A DNA stretch of 63,777 bases, counting the filler, from Reclinomonas americana ATCC 50394 (taxonomy: Eukaryota), in NCBI GenBank assembly GCA_048213135.1. It is 15 parts of 15 records of this genome, joined end to end, with 100 filler letters (N's around TTAATTAATTAA, not from the genome) between each part and the next. Parts side by side here need not be neighbours in the genome. Positions count along the whole stretch, not along the records: positions 24,063 to 28,141 come from AFZH01021623.1; positions 28,242 to 32,993 come from AFZH01021624.1; 13 more parts are not named here. The stretch is one strand, 5' to 3'. The position numbers and the translations under genes were made by a program. The notes under the pieces were generated by a model. That model saw only the letters and a list, made by a program, of their open reading frames with translations, was not told the origin of the DNA and did not search any database. Positions 24,064 through 32,050 of this stretch are shown here, one piece after another. Numbering within the stretch: the stretch's first letter is position 1; every line of letters starts with the position of its first letter.

Positions 24064-24537
24064 CTGGCGGAATGGCCGCTGGAGCGCTTCGACCTCGTCG
24101 CCGGGCTGGCGCTGCGCGGCGGCGTCCCCGACTTCGCCGATCGCGAGCTCAATCTCTGGGCAGCCTTCGCCAGGGCTGCGCCGGACCTCGATAAGCTCGC
24201 GAGGCGGGCCCGGACGATGTTCGGCATCAGCGATCGACTGATCACTCTCGCCGCGACTGGACCCGATAATGCCTCCGAGCTCATGGTCGCCGCCGAAGGG
24301 GCCCGCATCGCGGCCTACCTCGCCGCGGCCCAGGTGATGATCTGGCCGCCGCGCGGCGCGGCCGGGCTGGCGGCGAAGAACGAGATCGTCGCGCTGATCA
24401 ACCAGCGCGGCGAATCCGGCGATCCGGTGGAGATGCAGGCCGCCATCCGCCACGTCGCCGCGGAATCCGCCTGGCTGAAGTCGTTGTCGTCCGAGATGCG
24501 CGAGCGGCTCAAATTCGAGTGGAGTGAGATCGTCTGA
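24064..24537 (+). CDS. Hypothetical protein, 5' truncated; paralogue of 24683-25630
   Basis: The frame is open from the contig edge. AAFARAAPDLDKLARRARTM and IWPPRGAAGLAAK align with EAFFYAPPDFGELLDRARAL and LWPARSEGDLAAK in the next gene. Confidence 0.75.
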   Translation: MAEWPLERFDLVAGLALRGGVPDFADRELNLWAAFARAAPDLDKLARRARTMFGISDRLITLAATGPDNASELMVAAEGARIAAYLAAAQVMIWPPRGAAGLAAKNEIVALINQRGESGDPVEMQAAIRHVAAESAWLKSLSSEMRERLKFEWSEIV

Positions 24538-24562
24538 CGAGCCCGTCCGGGCACAGGACAGG

Positions 24563-24591
24563 AGGCAGCGCCGGCACCGGCGCTGCCTTTT
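24563..24591 (+). terminator. Intrinsic terminator-like hairpin
   Basis: AGGCAGCGCCG-GCAC-CGGCGCTGCCT followed by TTT. Confidence 0.65.
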
Positions 24592-24682
24592 CGATTCAAG
24601 TCCGGCCCGGGAGGCCGAAGCAGAGAGGGAGAAAAAGCGACTGCCACGAGCAGATCACCCCCGAAAATCAGGAATTCAGACC

Positions 24683-25630
24683 ATGAAGACCAAGACCTCC
24701 CGCGCCACGACGAAGCTCAGCACGATCATGCGCGACACCGTCCACCATCCCGTGACCGACGATCTCGCCGGTCTCGATCGTCTCGTTCCGGAGGCTCCAA
24801 GCGAATTCGAGCAGTTCGCGCTCTTCCATGCGCAGCTGCCAGCCCTGCTCGAGCTGCGCGGCCGCGGCCAGGTTCACTCTGAGCAGGTGCAGCGCCTCAT
24901 CAAGCTCCTTGCCAAGGAGCCGGACCTCGTCGGAACCTGGATAGACGTCGCCAACGCGATGACGGTGCTGACGAACGCATCCCACCTCGCGCTAATGCTG
25001 CTGCCCGCCCGCACCGATGATGACAGCTGGACGCTAGGCGATTTGGGGCGCCACCTGCTCAATCGCGCACGAGCCCATGGCGATCAGCGCGATATCGATC
25101 TGGCACGCCGCGTCGTCGGGCGCCTGCCCGCCACGCCGCGGCTCAATCTGAGCCGTGAGCCCGAGGCCGTCCAGGACATGATCAACGCGATGGTCCGCCG
25201 GGCCGCCGCACTCCACCCGGCTCCGGACGCGTTCCATGAAGTTGGGCGCCCCGGCATCCATGTGCTCGAACAGGCGGATAGTCTCGAGGCCTTCTTCTAC
25301 GCGCCGCCGGATTTCGGCGAACTGCTTGATCGGGCCAGGGCGCTGCTCCGCAAGATCGACGGCCTCCGGCTTCATCATCTTCCGCCAGTCCGCGAGCAGC
25401 CCGCATACGAGGGCATGCTCATACTCGCTTACGCAAAGCTGCTGCGCATCGCGCTCTGGCCGGCCCGGAGCGAAGGCGACCTCGCAGCAAAGATCGCGGC
25501 CAGCGACCTCGTTCGCTCGCGCGACGGCGACGCCGACCGCTACCGGGCGCTCTTCGAGATCGCTCTCGGACAGGGCGAGACCATCGCGCGGCAGAGCGAC
25601 CGGTTCATCAATCTCGATCGCGCGGACTGA
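24683..25630 (+). CDS. Hypothetical protein (315 aa)
   Basis: AGGA RBS before ATGAAGACCAAGACC, GC3-rich codons and a WPARSEGDLAAK motif. Confidence 0.78.
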   Translation: MKTKTSRATTKLSTIMRDTVHHPVTDDLAGLDRLVPEAPSEFEQFALFHAQLPALLELRGRGQVHSEQVQRLIKLLAKEPDLVGTWIDVANAMTVLTNASHLALMLLPARTDDDSWTLGDLGRHLLNRARAHGDQRDIDLARRVVGRLPATPRLNLSREPEAVQDMINAMVRRAAALHPAPDAFHEVGRPGIHVLEQADSLEAFFYAPPDFGELLDRARALLRKIDGLRLHHLPPVREQPAYEGMLILAYAKLLRIALWPARSEGDLAAKIAASDLVRSRDGDADRYRALFEIALGQGETIARQSDRFINLDRAD

Positions 25631-25665
25631 CAGACGAAGGACCAGCTCAACCTGATGCCTAAGAG

Positions 25666-25691
25666 GGCGCGTCCATCCGGACGCGCCTTTT
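25666..25691 (+). terminator. Intrinsic terminator-like hairpin
   Basis: GGCGCGTCC-ATCC-GGACGCGCC followed by TTTT. Confidence 0.65.
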
Positions 25692-25767
25692 CCGTTTCAG
25701 GAGAGGGGTGGAAGAGCTGACCAGCTACCCCCGAAAGCCAATCCAGGCCGGGAAGCAGAAACAGGAC

Positions 25768-26919
25768 ATGACGACAAGGAAGAGCAAGCGGCAGGAGGCC
25801 TACTCCGTCCTCGGCGACACCAAGCCGGTCGCAATCGACGTGACCAACGGCACCTCGACATCATCCGCGGAATCCGAAAGCCTTGCCTCCTCGGCCCAAG
25901 ACCGCACGCACGTCGCGATCTTCGACCGCGACGCACTCCATAGGCAGCTACGACTCGGCGGCGTGCACGACAGCTACGACAGCGCCGCTGTTCCATTGTC
26001 GACGTCGCAGGAAGAGCAGGCCCGGCTCGAGCGCTTGCGCACGCTCTACTTCGAGAATCCGGAGCGGACGCTCCTCATCGGGACGATTGAGATGCATGCA
26101 GCTCTCGCTGCGCTCCGCGACGAATGCCCGGCCTTCCTGCCAGTGATCGATCTCGTCGACCGCGCCGTCCATCTGTCGAGGATGGCGGGAACAGGCCTTG
26201 CGATACCGCCGCTGCTCCTCGTCGGTGCGCCGGGCACGGGAAAGACTCATTTCAGCAAGCGATTGGCGGCAGCGCTCGGCGCCGAGCAGCACGCCTTCAG
26301 CTGTGCGACGAATTCGGATGCTCAAGCGCTGGTAATCGGGCACCCGGTCTCCTGGAAAGGAGCTCGCATGGGCGTGGTCACCGAGGCCCTGCTGGGTGGC
26401 GAAATCGCCAATCCGCTGATCGTGCTCGACGAGCTCGACAAGTTCGTCACGCATGTGACGGAGCAGCCCTACAACACGCTTCTCGCTCTCCTCGAGCCTG
26501 AAAACGCGTCAGCGCTGGTCGATGAATATCTGCGAGTACCCTTCGACGTCTCTCATGTGTTGATCCTCGCCACGGCTAACGATCTCAACGCGCTACCCGA
26601 GTTTATTCGCGATCGCCTGTTGATCATCCGCGTCCTCGCGCCGAGCGGCTTGGGGCTGCTGGCCGTCACCAGACGCATCGTCCAGACGATCATTGCCGCG
26701 CATCGCGACGTCTTCGACCAACCCGACGACGTGGTCATCATGCGACTGGCAAGAGCCCATCCGCGCCGTGTCCGACGCGTTGCGACGCTCGCTCTCGGTC
26801 ATGCCGCCGCCGCCAGCCGGACGCGCATCCTCGTTAACGACATCGATGCCGCTGAACGGATCGCTGCAGACGCCCCGACGGCCATGCCGATCGGCTTTCT
26901 CCAGCATCATCACGCTTGA
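25768..26919 (+). CDS. Stand-alone Lon-type AAA+ ATPase with no protease domain
   Basis: Walker A GAPGTGKT, Walker B LIVLDELDK, the Lon-like segment LLALLEPE...DEYLRVPFDVSHVLILATAN, and a C-terminal PIGF. Confidence 0.85.
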   Translation: MTTRKSKRQEAYSVLGDTKPVAIDVTNGTSTSSAESESLASSAQDRTHVAIFDRDALHRQLRLGGVHDSYDSAAVPLSTSQEEQARLERLRTLYFENPERTLLIGTIEMHAALAALRDECPAFLPVIDLVDRAVHLSRMAGTGLAIPPLLLVGAPGTGKTHFSKRLAAALGAEQHAFSCATNSDAQALVIGHPVSWKGARMGVVTEALLGGEIANPLIVLDELDKFVTHVTEQPYNTLLALLEPENASALVDEYLRVPFDVSHVLILATANDLNALPEFIRDRLLIIRVLAPSGLGLLAVTRRIVQTIIAAHRDVFDQPDDVVIMRLARAHPRRVRRVATLALGHAAAASRTRILVNDIDAAERIAADAPTAMPIGFLQHHHA

Positions 26920-26962
26920 ACGCGCTTCCCCTCATTCACCGACCACACTGAAAGACGTCTCC

Positions 26963-27805
26963 ATGACCACGAATACGCCTGCCGGCAGCGCGGGGGCCAG
27001 CCTTCCCCGTATCCAGCCCATTGGCAGCAGCGCAGCCGTCACGCGCTACCTGAGAACCGATTGGCCCAGGGTGGGCGGGTCAAACTTTCGTCCTCTTACG
27101 CACGACGCCTTCCTGAAGCCGTGCTTCGCCCTGCGCTATCAGCCGGGATTTCTGGTCAGCGTCTATCTGGCAGCATGCGGCAACGCGCCTGGCGATCTGA
27201 AAGGGACCACGGGTTTGCTTGGTGTCGCGCGCCGCCTCCAACTGCCTCTGTACAAGGTGTCTGCGACCGAATGTGCCGATCCCAGGATCAGGTTGAAGGA
27301 ACTCAATCGGGATCGCTATGCCGCCAACGTCATCGACCCGGACGGTGCCTTCCTTCAGGAAGAGGGATTCCAGCAGTGGACTTTTCAGCAATTCCTGCCG
27401 GATCGCGAGCCGTTGCCGGGATCGCCCGTCATCGACCAGGGGCGCTTCTTCACGGTGCGTCGGCCGCACGACATGGACAAGGATGCCTTCGACAAGCTGC
27501 TGCATGTCCGGTTGAAGGCGGCCAGCTTTAATGCGTTTCTGCAATCCCGCGCAGGAAAGGCACACTGCGCAACGCTCGGTCTCAAGCCCGAGGAGCAGAT
27601 GCGCTACACGCACTATCGCTTCGCCGAGACGCCTCGCATCGATCCTGCCCAAGAGCTTTATATCTTCAGGCCCGCTGGGGAGGATTCCGATCGGCTTCTC
27701 GGGATCATCGAAAAGCTGATCTACGACTGGGTGACCGGGGCGATCCCGCGCGAGCCGGCCTGGTGGCGCGATCCGGGCCAGCAGGCCCGGCGACGCCTCG
27801 CATAA
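26963..27805 (+). CDS. Hypothetical protein, possibly a divergent GIY-YIG (T5orf172-like) nuclease
   Basis: The pattern VSVYLAAC...LYKVSAT...PRIRLKELN recalls VY...YKIGxT...RxxEL. The ORF is solid but the family call is weak. Confidence 0.55.
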   Translation: MTTNTPAGSAGASLPRIQPIGSSAAVTRYLRTDWPRVGGSNFRPLTHDAFLKPCFALRYQPGFLVSVYLAACGNAPGDLKGTTGLLGVARRLQLPLYKVSATECADPRIRLKELNRDRYAANVIDPDGAFLQEEGFQQWTFQQFLPDREPLPGSPVIDQGRFFTVRRPHDMDKDAFDKLLHVRLKAASFNAFLQSRAGKAHCATLGLKPEEQMRYTHYRFAETPRIDPAQELYIFRPAGEDSDRLLGIIEKLIYDWVTGAIPREPAWWRDPGQQARRRLA

Positions 27806-27827
27806 TGCACCGAGTTGCAGCCGGGTT

Positions 27828-28432
27828 TCAGGAAGCTGCCCAGTCGGTCACCATCAGGCCCGGCACGCGCTCAAACTCACGTCGGTTGCCAGTGACGAGG
27901 ACCGCGCCACGCCGACGTGCCTGTGCCGCGATCAGCGTGTCATAAGCTCCGATCGGGGTTCCCGCTGCTTCGAGCGCGGCGCGGATGTCGCCGGCTTCGC
28001 CGGCGTCACCATCGTCGAGCGGGACAATCTCGAAGCCCTCGGAAAGGAATGCGTCGAGAACCCTCCCGGAGGATTCGCGGCGGTTGCTCTTCGCGATGCC
28101 ATATCTGAGTTCGAAGATCACGATCGGCGAAATGAGGAGCCNNNNNNNNNNNNNNNNNNNNNNNNNNNNNNNNNNNNNNNNNNNNTTAATTAATTAANNN
28201 NNNNNNNNNNNNNNNNNNNNNNNNNNNNNNNNNNNNNNNNNATGCGTCGAGAACCCTTCCCGGAGGATTCGCGGCGGTTGCTCTTCGCGATGCCATATCT
28301 GAGTTCGAAGATCACGATCGGCGAAATGAGGAGCCGGGTTCCTGCGGTGAGTTCCTGCTGAAGCCTAAGATCGACAGCGGGAACCCGGCCATTGAGCGCG
28401 TGCACGATGACATTGGTATCGAGCAGAAACAT
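27828..28432 (-). CDS. vapC: VapC PIN-domain toxin (split by a gap whose flanks overlap)
   Basis: Motifs LLDTN, ELRYG, GTPIGAYDTLIAAQAR and VTGNRREFERVPGL. 28049-28141 duplicates 28242-28335 with a 1-bp indel, so this is a single gene. Confidence 0.93.
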
Positions 28433-28437
28433 GCTGC

Positions 28438-28710
28438 TCAGCCGAAATCGACCGCAGCGTCCGGCTCCGCCGGAGGATCGTCAGGCAGCCTTTCGGTGAG
28501 AAAGTCGCGGGCTCCCAGCGCATCCAGCCTGGCACGCCAGACTGCTGCGTCGAATGCCGGCTTTGCGATCGGCTCAAGGATAACCTTGTCACCGACCTTG
28601 CTGACCTGCACCTCTGTCCCCTCGAACCGAAACTCCTTCGGAAGACGAACAGCCTGACTGCGGCCATGCATGAAGAGCTTGGCTGTCGCTGCGTTGCCCT
28701 GAGCGCCCAT
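28438..28710 (-). CDS. vapB: VapB antitoxin, AbrB/MazE fold
   Basis: [20 protein letters not shown] motif, GGAGG RBS, 5 nt upstream of vapC. Confidence 0.92.
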   Translation of the reverse strand: MGAQGNAATAKLFMHGRSQAVRLPKEFRFEGTEVQVSKVGDKVILEPIAKPAFDAAVWRARLDALGARDFLTERLPDDPPAEPDAAVDFG

Positions 28711-28726
28711 CGACACCTCCATTTCG

Positions 28727-28747
28727 ATATCTACCGTTGATAGATAT
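28727..28747. promoter_or_regulatory. vapBC operator palindrome
   Basis: ATATCTA-N7-TAGATAT immediately upstream of the vapB RBS. Confidence 0.7.
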
Positions 28748-28789
28748 TGCAGGAGCTGGACGTGTCAATATGACAAGCCCGATACTGCA

Positions 28790-30475
28790 TCATCTCGAAC
28801 CTCCAAACGCGACCTTCTGAGCCTCGACCCAATCCGATGACAGCTTCGGGAACAGTGGCGGAGGGGCGACAACCTTTCGTCTCTCTGACCCGCCCGAGCT
28901 AAGGATGCACGGCGCGGTCGGCCAGAGGGGCTGTCCAGGCCAATGTCCCACAGCGGCGAGGACGCGCTCGGCGGTTCCAGGGATAAAGCTCCACGCGGTC
29001 TGGGCAGCAATTTCGACCAACGTGACCGCTGTTCTGATGACGACGGCGGTTCGCACGGGATCATTGGCATGGGTCGACCAGGGCGCCTCCCTGGCAAGGT
29101 ACGCATTCCCGAGCCGCCAGATCTGCCGCACCTCGTCGGCTGCCTTGCGAACGGATAGGTCCTTGTGATGCCCTCGAAGCGAAGTGAGATGTGCCTCGAT
29201 TTGGCGAGACAGCTCGCGTTCGGGCGCGTCGATGGCGCCAATTTCCGGAACGATGCCGCCATATCGACTCTCCACGAACTTGAGAGTTCGGCTTACGAAG
29301 TTTCCGAAAGTGTCTGCCAGGTCGTGGTTTATATCGGCTGCAAACCTCTCGAAGGTGAAGTCCGTGTCGCTGCTCTCAGGCGCATTGGACGCCAGCCACC
29401 AGCGCCAGTAGTCGGCCGGCAGCAAGGCCAGAGCCTGATCGAGGAAGATACCGCGCCGCAGGCTGGTCGAGAACTTGCCACCGTCATAGGTCAGCCAGTT
29501 CACGCCCTTGATCACGTCGACGGTCTTCCACGGCTCGCGCGAGCCGAGCAGCGTGCAAGGAAAGCTCACGGCGTGGAATGGAACGTTGTCCTTGCCAAGA
29601 AATTGCCGGTAGTCGACGTCGTGGGCGTCCCACCACCATCGACGCCAATCTCTCCCGTCGGCGGCGTCACACCATTCCTGCGTCGCTGCGATGTAGGCAA
29701 TCGGCGCATCGAACCAGACATAGAAAACCTTGCCCTCGAAGCCCGGCTTCGGCACTGGCACTCCCCAGTCGAGATCGCGGGTGATGCAGCGGTCCTGGAT
29801 GCCCTCGTTCAACCATTTCCGGGCGATGGACGTCACGAGCGGTGGCCAGCCCGGGCGCGACGCGATCCAGGTCTCCAGCTCGCCGACCAGCGCTGACTGT
29901 CGCAAGAAAAGATGCCGGCTCGAGCGGATCTCCAGTCTCTCGCTGCCTGACAGGAGCGAGCGCGCGTCGATCAGGTCGACGGGGTCGAGCGGGCGCGTAC
30001 AATTCTCGCACTGGTCGCCTCGCGCTCGCTCGAAGCGACAATGGGGACAGGTGCCGATGATGTAGCGGTCAGGCAGAAAGCGCCCGTCTTCGGGAGAATA
30101 GACCTGATCGAGGACGCGCTCCTCGATGAAGCCATTGTCTTCGAGGCAGCGGAAAAAGTGCTGGGTCAACGCACGGTTATGCGAGGAAGACGAACGGCCG
30201 AAATGATCGAACGAGAGATCGAGCCGGCGATAGATCGCCGCTTGGATCTCGTGTTGCTCCCGGCAGAAATCCGCGACCTGCTGGCCAGCTTCCGCTGCTG
30301 CAATTTCGGCTGGCGTACCATGTTCGTCGGTTGCGCAGATAAACAGGACGTCGTCGCCAATCTGCCGCCGGAGGCGCGCGTGAATGTCAGCCGGCAGCAG
30401 GGAGCCTGCGAAGTTGCCGAGATGCTTGATGCCATTGATGTAAGGCAGTGCGCTTGTGATGAGTGCCTTCGCCAT
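28790..30475 (-). CDS. metG: Methionine--tRNA ligase (MetRS2-like), probably an accessory copy
   Basis: ITSALPYINGIKHLGN (HIGH motif), TDEHG, zinc knuckle CPHC...GDQCENC, FYVWFDAPIAY and KFSTS (KMSKS motif); no C-terminal tRNA-binding domain. Confidence 0.96.
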   Translation of the reverse strand: MAKALITSALPYINGIKHLGNFAGSLLPADIHARLRRQIGDDVLFICATDEHGTPAEIAAAEAGQQVADFCREQHEIQAAIYRRLDLSFDHFGRSSSSHNRALTQHFFRCLEDNGFIEERVLDQVYSPEDGRFLPDRYIIGTCPHCRFERARGDQCENCTRPLDPVDLIDARSLLSGSERLEIRSSRHLFLRQSALVGELETWIASRPGWPPLVTSIARKWLNEGIQDRCITRDLDWGVPVPKPGFEGKVFYVWFDAPIAYIAATQEWCDAADGRDWRRWWWDAHDVDYRQFLGKDNVPFHAVSFPCTLLGSREPWKTVDVIKGVNWLTYDGGKFSTSLRRGIFLDQALALLPADYWRWWLASNAPESSDTDFTFERFAADINHDLADTFGNFVSRTLKFVESRYGGIVPEIGAIDAPERELSRQIEAHLTSLRGHHKDLSVRKAADEVRQIWRLGNAYLAREAPWSTHANDPVRTAVVIRTAVTLVEIAAQTAWSFIPGTAERVLAAVGHWPGQPLWPTAPCILSSGGSERRKVVAPPPLFPKLSSDWVEAQKVAFGGSR

Positions 30476-30527
30476 GATGCCCTCCCTGGGGTCATTTCAC
30501 GGGTCAAGCGCCAGACCTTCGATCAAC

Positions 30528-30557
30528 AAAAAAGCCCTCCGCAGATCCGGAGGGCTT
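30528..30557 (-). terminator. Intrinsic terminator in the metG leader (attenuator)
   Basis: The minus strand reads AAGCCCTCCG-GATCTG-CGGAGGGCTT-TTTT, about 50 nt upstream of the metG start. Confidence 0.85.
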
Positions 30558-30594
30558 GGGTCCAGCGCTTACACGCGCGGCGATAGGCACGCGC

Positions 30595-30663
30595 TCAACC
30601 CCTCCGGCCAATCTCCTGCTGGTCGGGCCTGCGCATTCGCGTGGCGGGGAAGGACGAAAACAT
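30595..30663 (-). CDS. Putative metG leader peptide MFSSFPATRMRRPDQQEIGRRG
   Basis: GGAG RBS 6 nt upstream and one internal Met codon (30634-30636). Its 3' end contains the strand complementary to the terminator 5' arm. Confidence 0.6.
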   Translation of the reverse strand: MFSSFPATRMRRPDQQEIGRRG

Positions 30664-30825
30664 CAAAGGCTCCAGGGCGATGCAATACGAATGAACGCAA
30701 ATGTTCCGTGGAGCAAGGGGCGGCGCTCGTCGAGCCTGACACACGACAGTGGATGGGCATCTGTCATCATCTGGCACGGCCCGGTGCTTTCTGATGGTCT
30801 TCAGCTTCACGAGGTAATGCTACCC

Positions 30826-32028
30826 ATGTCTCGAACCTACACCCGCCAGGAGATGTACGACCTCGTCTGGTCGAAGGCGCTTCGGTTGCTGTGTGCCGAT
30901 TTCAACGTGTCGGACGTGGCCCTGAAGAAGGCATGCCGCAAGGCGGACGTGCCGACGCCGCCGGTGGGTTACTGGAACAAGCTCCAGGCCGGCAAGAAGG
31001 TGACGCAGATACCGCTGCCGCGGCGTGGGCTTGGGATGTCCGACAGCGTACCCGTCGGATCGGCACGCTGGGAATATGGTCGCCGCGATGCCTTGGACCC
31101 GTTGCCTCCAGAGCCCGTTTTCGATGGCGATGAAAGTGACGTCCGGGCGCGGGCGGTCAAGCTGGTCGGCAAAGTTGCCATTCCTCGCGATTTCACGCGG
31201 GCGAGTCCAATCGTTCGTCAATTGCTTGACGAGGACGAGCGGCGCCTCGAGGAAGCGCGCAAGAACCGGTACTACTGGCAAACTCCCCGCTACGTTCTCC
31301 CAATCGATCGGCGCCGGCTGAGGCTTGCCAATGGCCTGCTGCTCGGCATCGCGTCCGCTGGCGGACGCGCCCATCTCTCCGACAAGGACGCTCTCACGTT
31401 CTCCGTTGTCGTGGGCGACCAAAGCGTCGGGCTCTCGATCGACAAGGTCGTTACGCGAAGCCGGGCGGTGCGCGGGCAGCCGGCTCCCGATCCGGTCGAG
31501 ACGATCGAGATCTCGATCAGCGGGTGGGGGTATAAGGACGGCAAACTGCATCTCTGGAAGGACGAGCCCGACGCAAAGCTTGAATCCCTGGCAACGGAAA
31601 TCGTTGTGGCGGTCTTCGCAGACGGCGAACTGCGACATCGGCATCATGTGATCGACCAGCACAAGCATCTCGTTGCTTGGCGCGCCGAGGAGATCGAGAA
31701 CCGGCGCAAGGCGAAGATCGAGGCGGAACGGAAGGAGCGCGAGAGGCAGGAACGCCTGGCAAAAGAGCGCGTGGAAAGGCTTCTTGGGGATGCCGCGGCC
31801 TTCCGCAAGGCTACGGACATCCGTGCCTACGTTGCCGCGGCGCTGGCCGTTTCTCCTGCCGACACCGATCCCGCTGCCATCGAGGTGTGGCGGCGGTGGG
31901 CTCTGGCTCAGGCCGACCGGATCGATCCTGTCGTCAACCGGAGCTTCGTTGCGCTTTCGGCCGACCTGCTGGGCAGCGAGCCCATACCGGAGGCCGCTGG
32001 ACCGGAAGGCCAGGAGTCACAGGAGTGA
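30826..32028 (+). CDS. Hypothetical protein with an N-terminal HTH-like motif (TRxExYxxVW...PPxGYWxK)
   Basis: TRQEMYDLVWSK...VSDVALKKACRKADVPTPPVGYWNK and a charged coiled-coil; this pattern is common on genomic islands. Confidence 0.75.
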   Translation: MSRTYTRQEMYDLVWSKALRLLCADFNVSDVALKKACRKADVPTPPVGYWNKLQAGKKVTQIPLPRRGLGMSDSVPVGSARWEYGRRDALDPLPPEPVFDGDESDVRARAVKLVGKVAIPRDFTRASPIVRQLLDEDERRLEEARKNRYYWQTPRYVLPIDRRRLRLANGLLLGIASAGGRAHLSDKDALTFSVVVGDQSVGLSIDKVVTRSRAVRGQPAPDPVETIEISISGWGYKDGKLHLWKDEPDAKLESLATEIVVAVFADGELRHRHHVIDQHKHLVAWRAEEIENRRKAKIEAERKERERQERLAKERVERLLGDAAAFRKATDIRAYVAAALAVSPADTDPAAIEVWRRWALAQADRIDPVVNRSFVALSADLLGSEPIPEAAGPEGQESQE

Positions 32029-32050
32029 CAGCTGTTTCAGCTGTTACGCG

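Noticed and set aside
28049..28335. Tandem duplication or two vapC genes
   Set aside because: These are overlapping contig ends with a homopolymer indel, so there is one gene.
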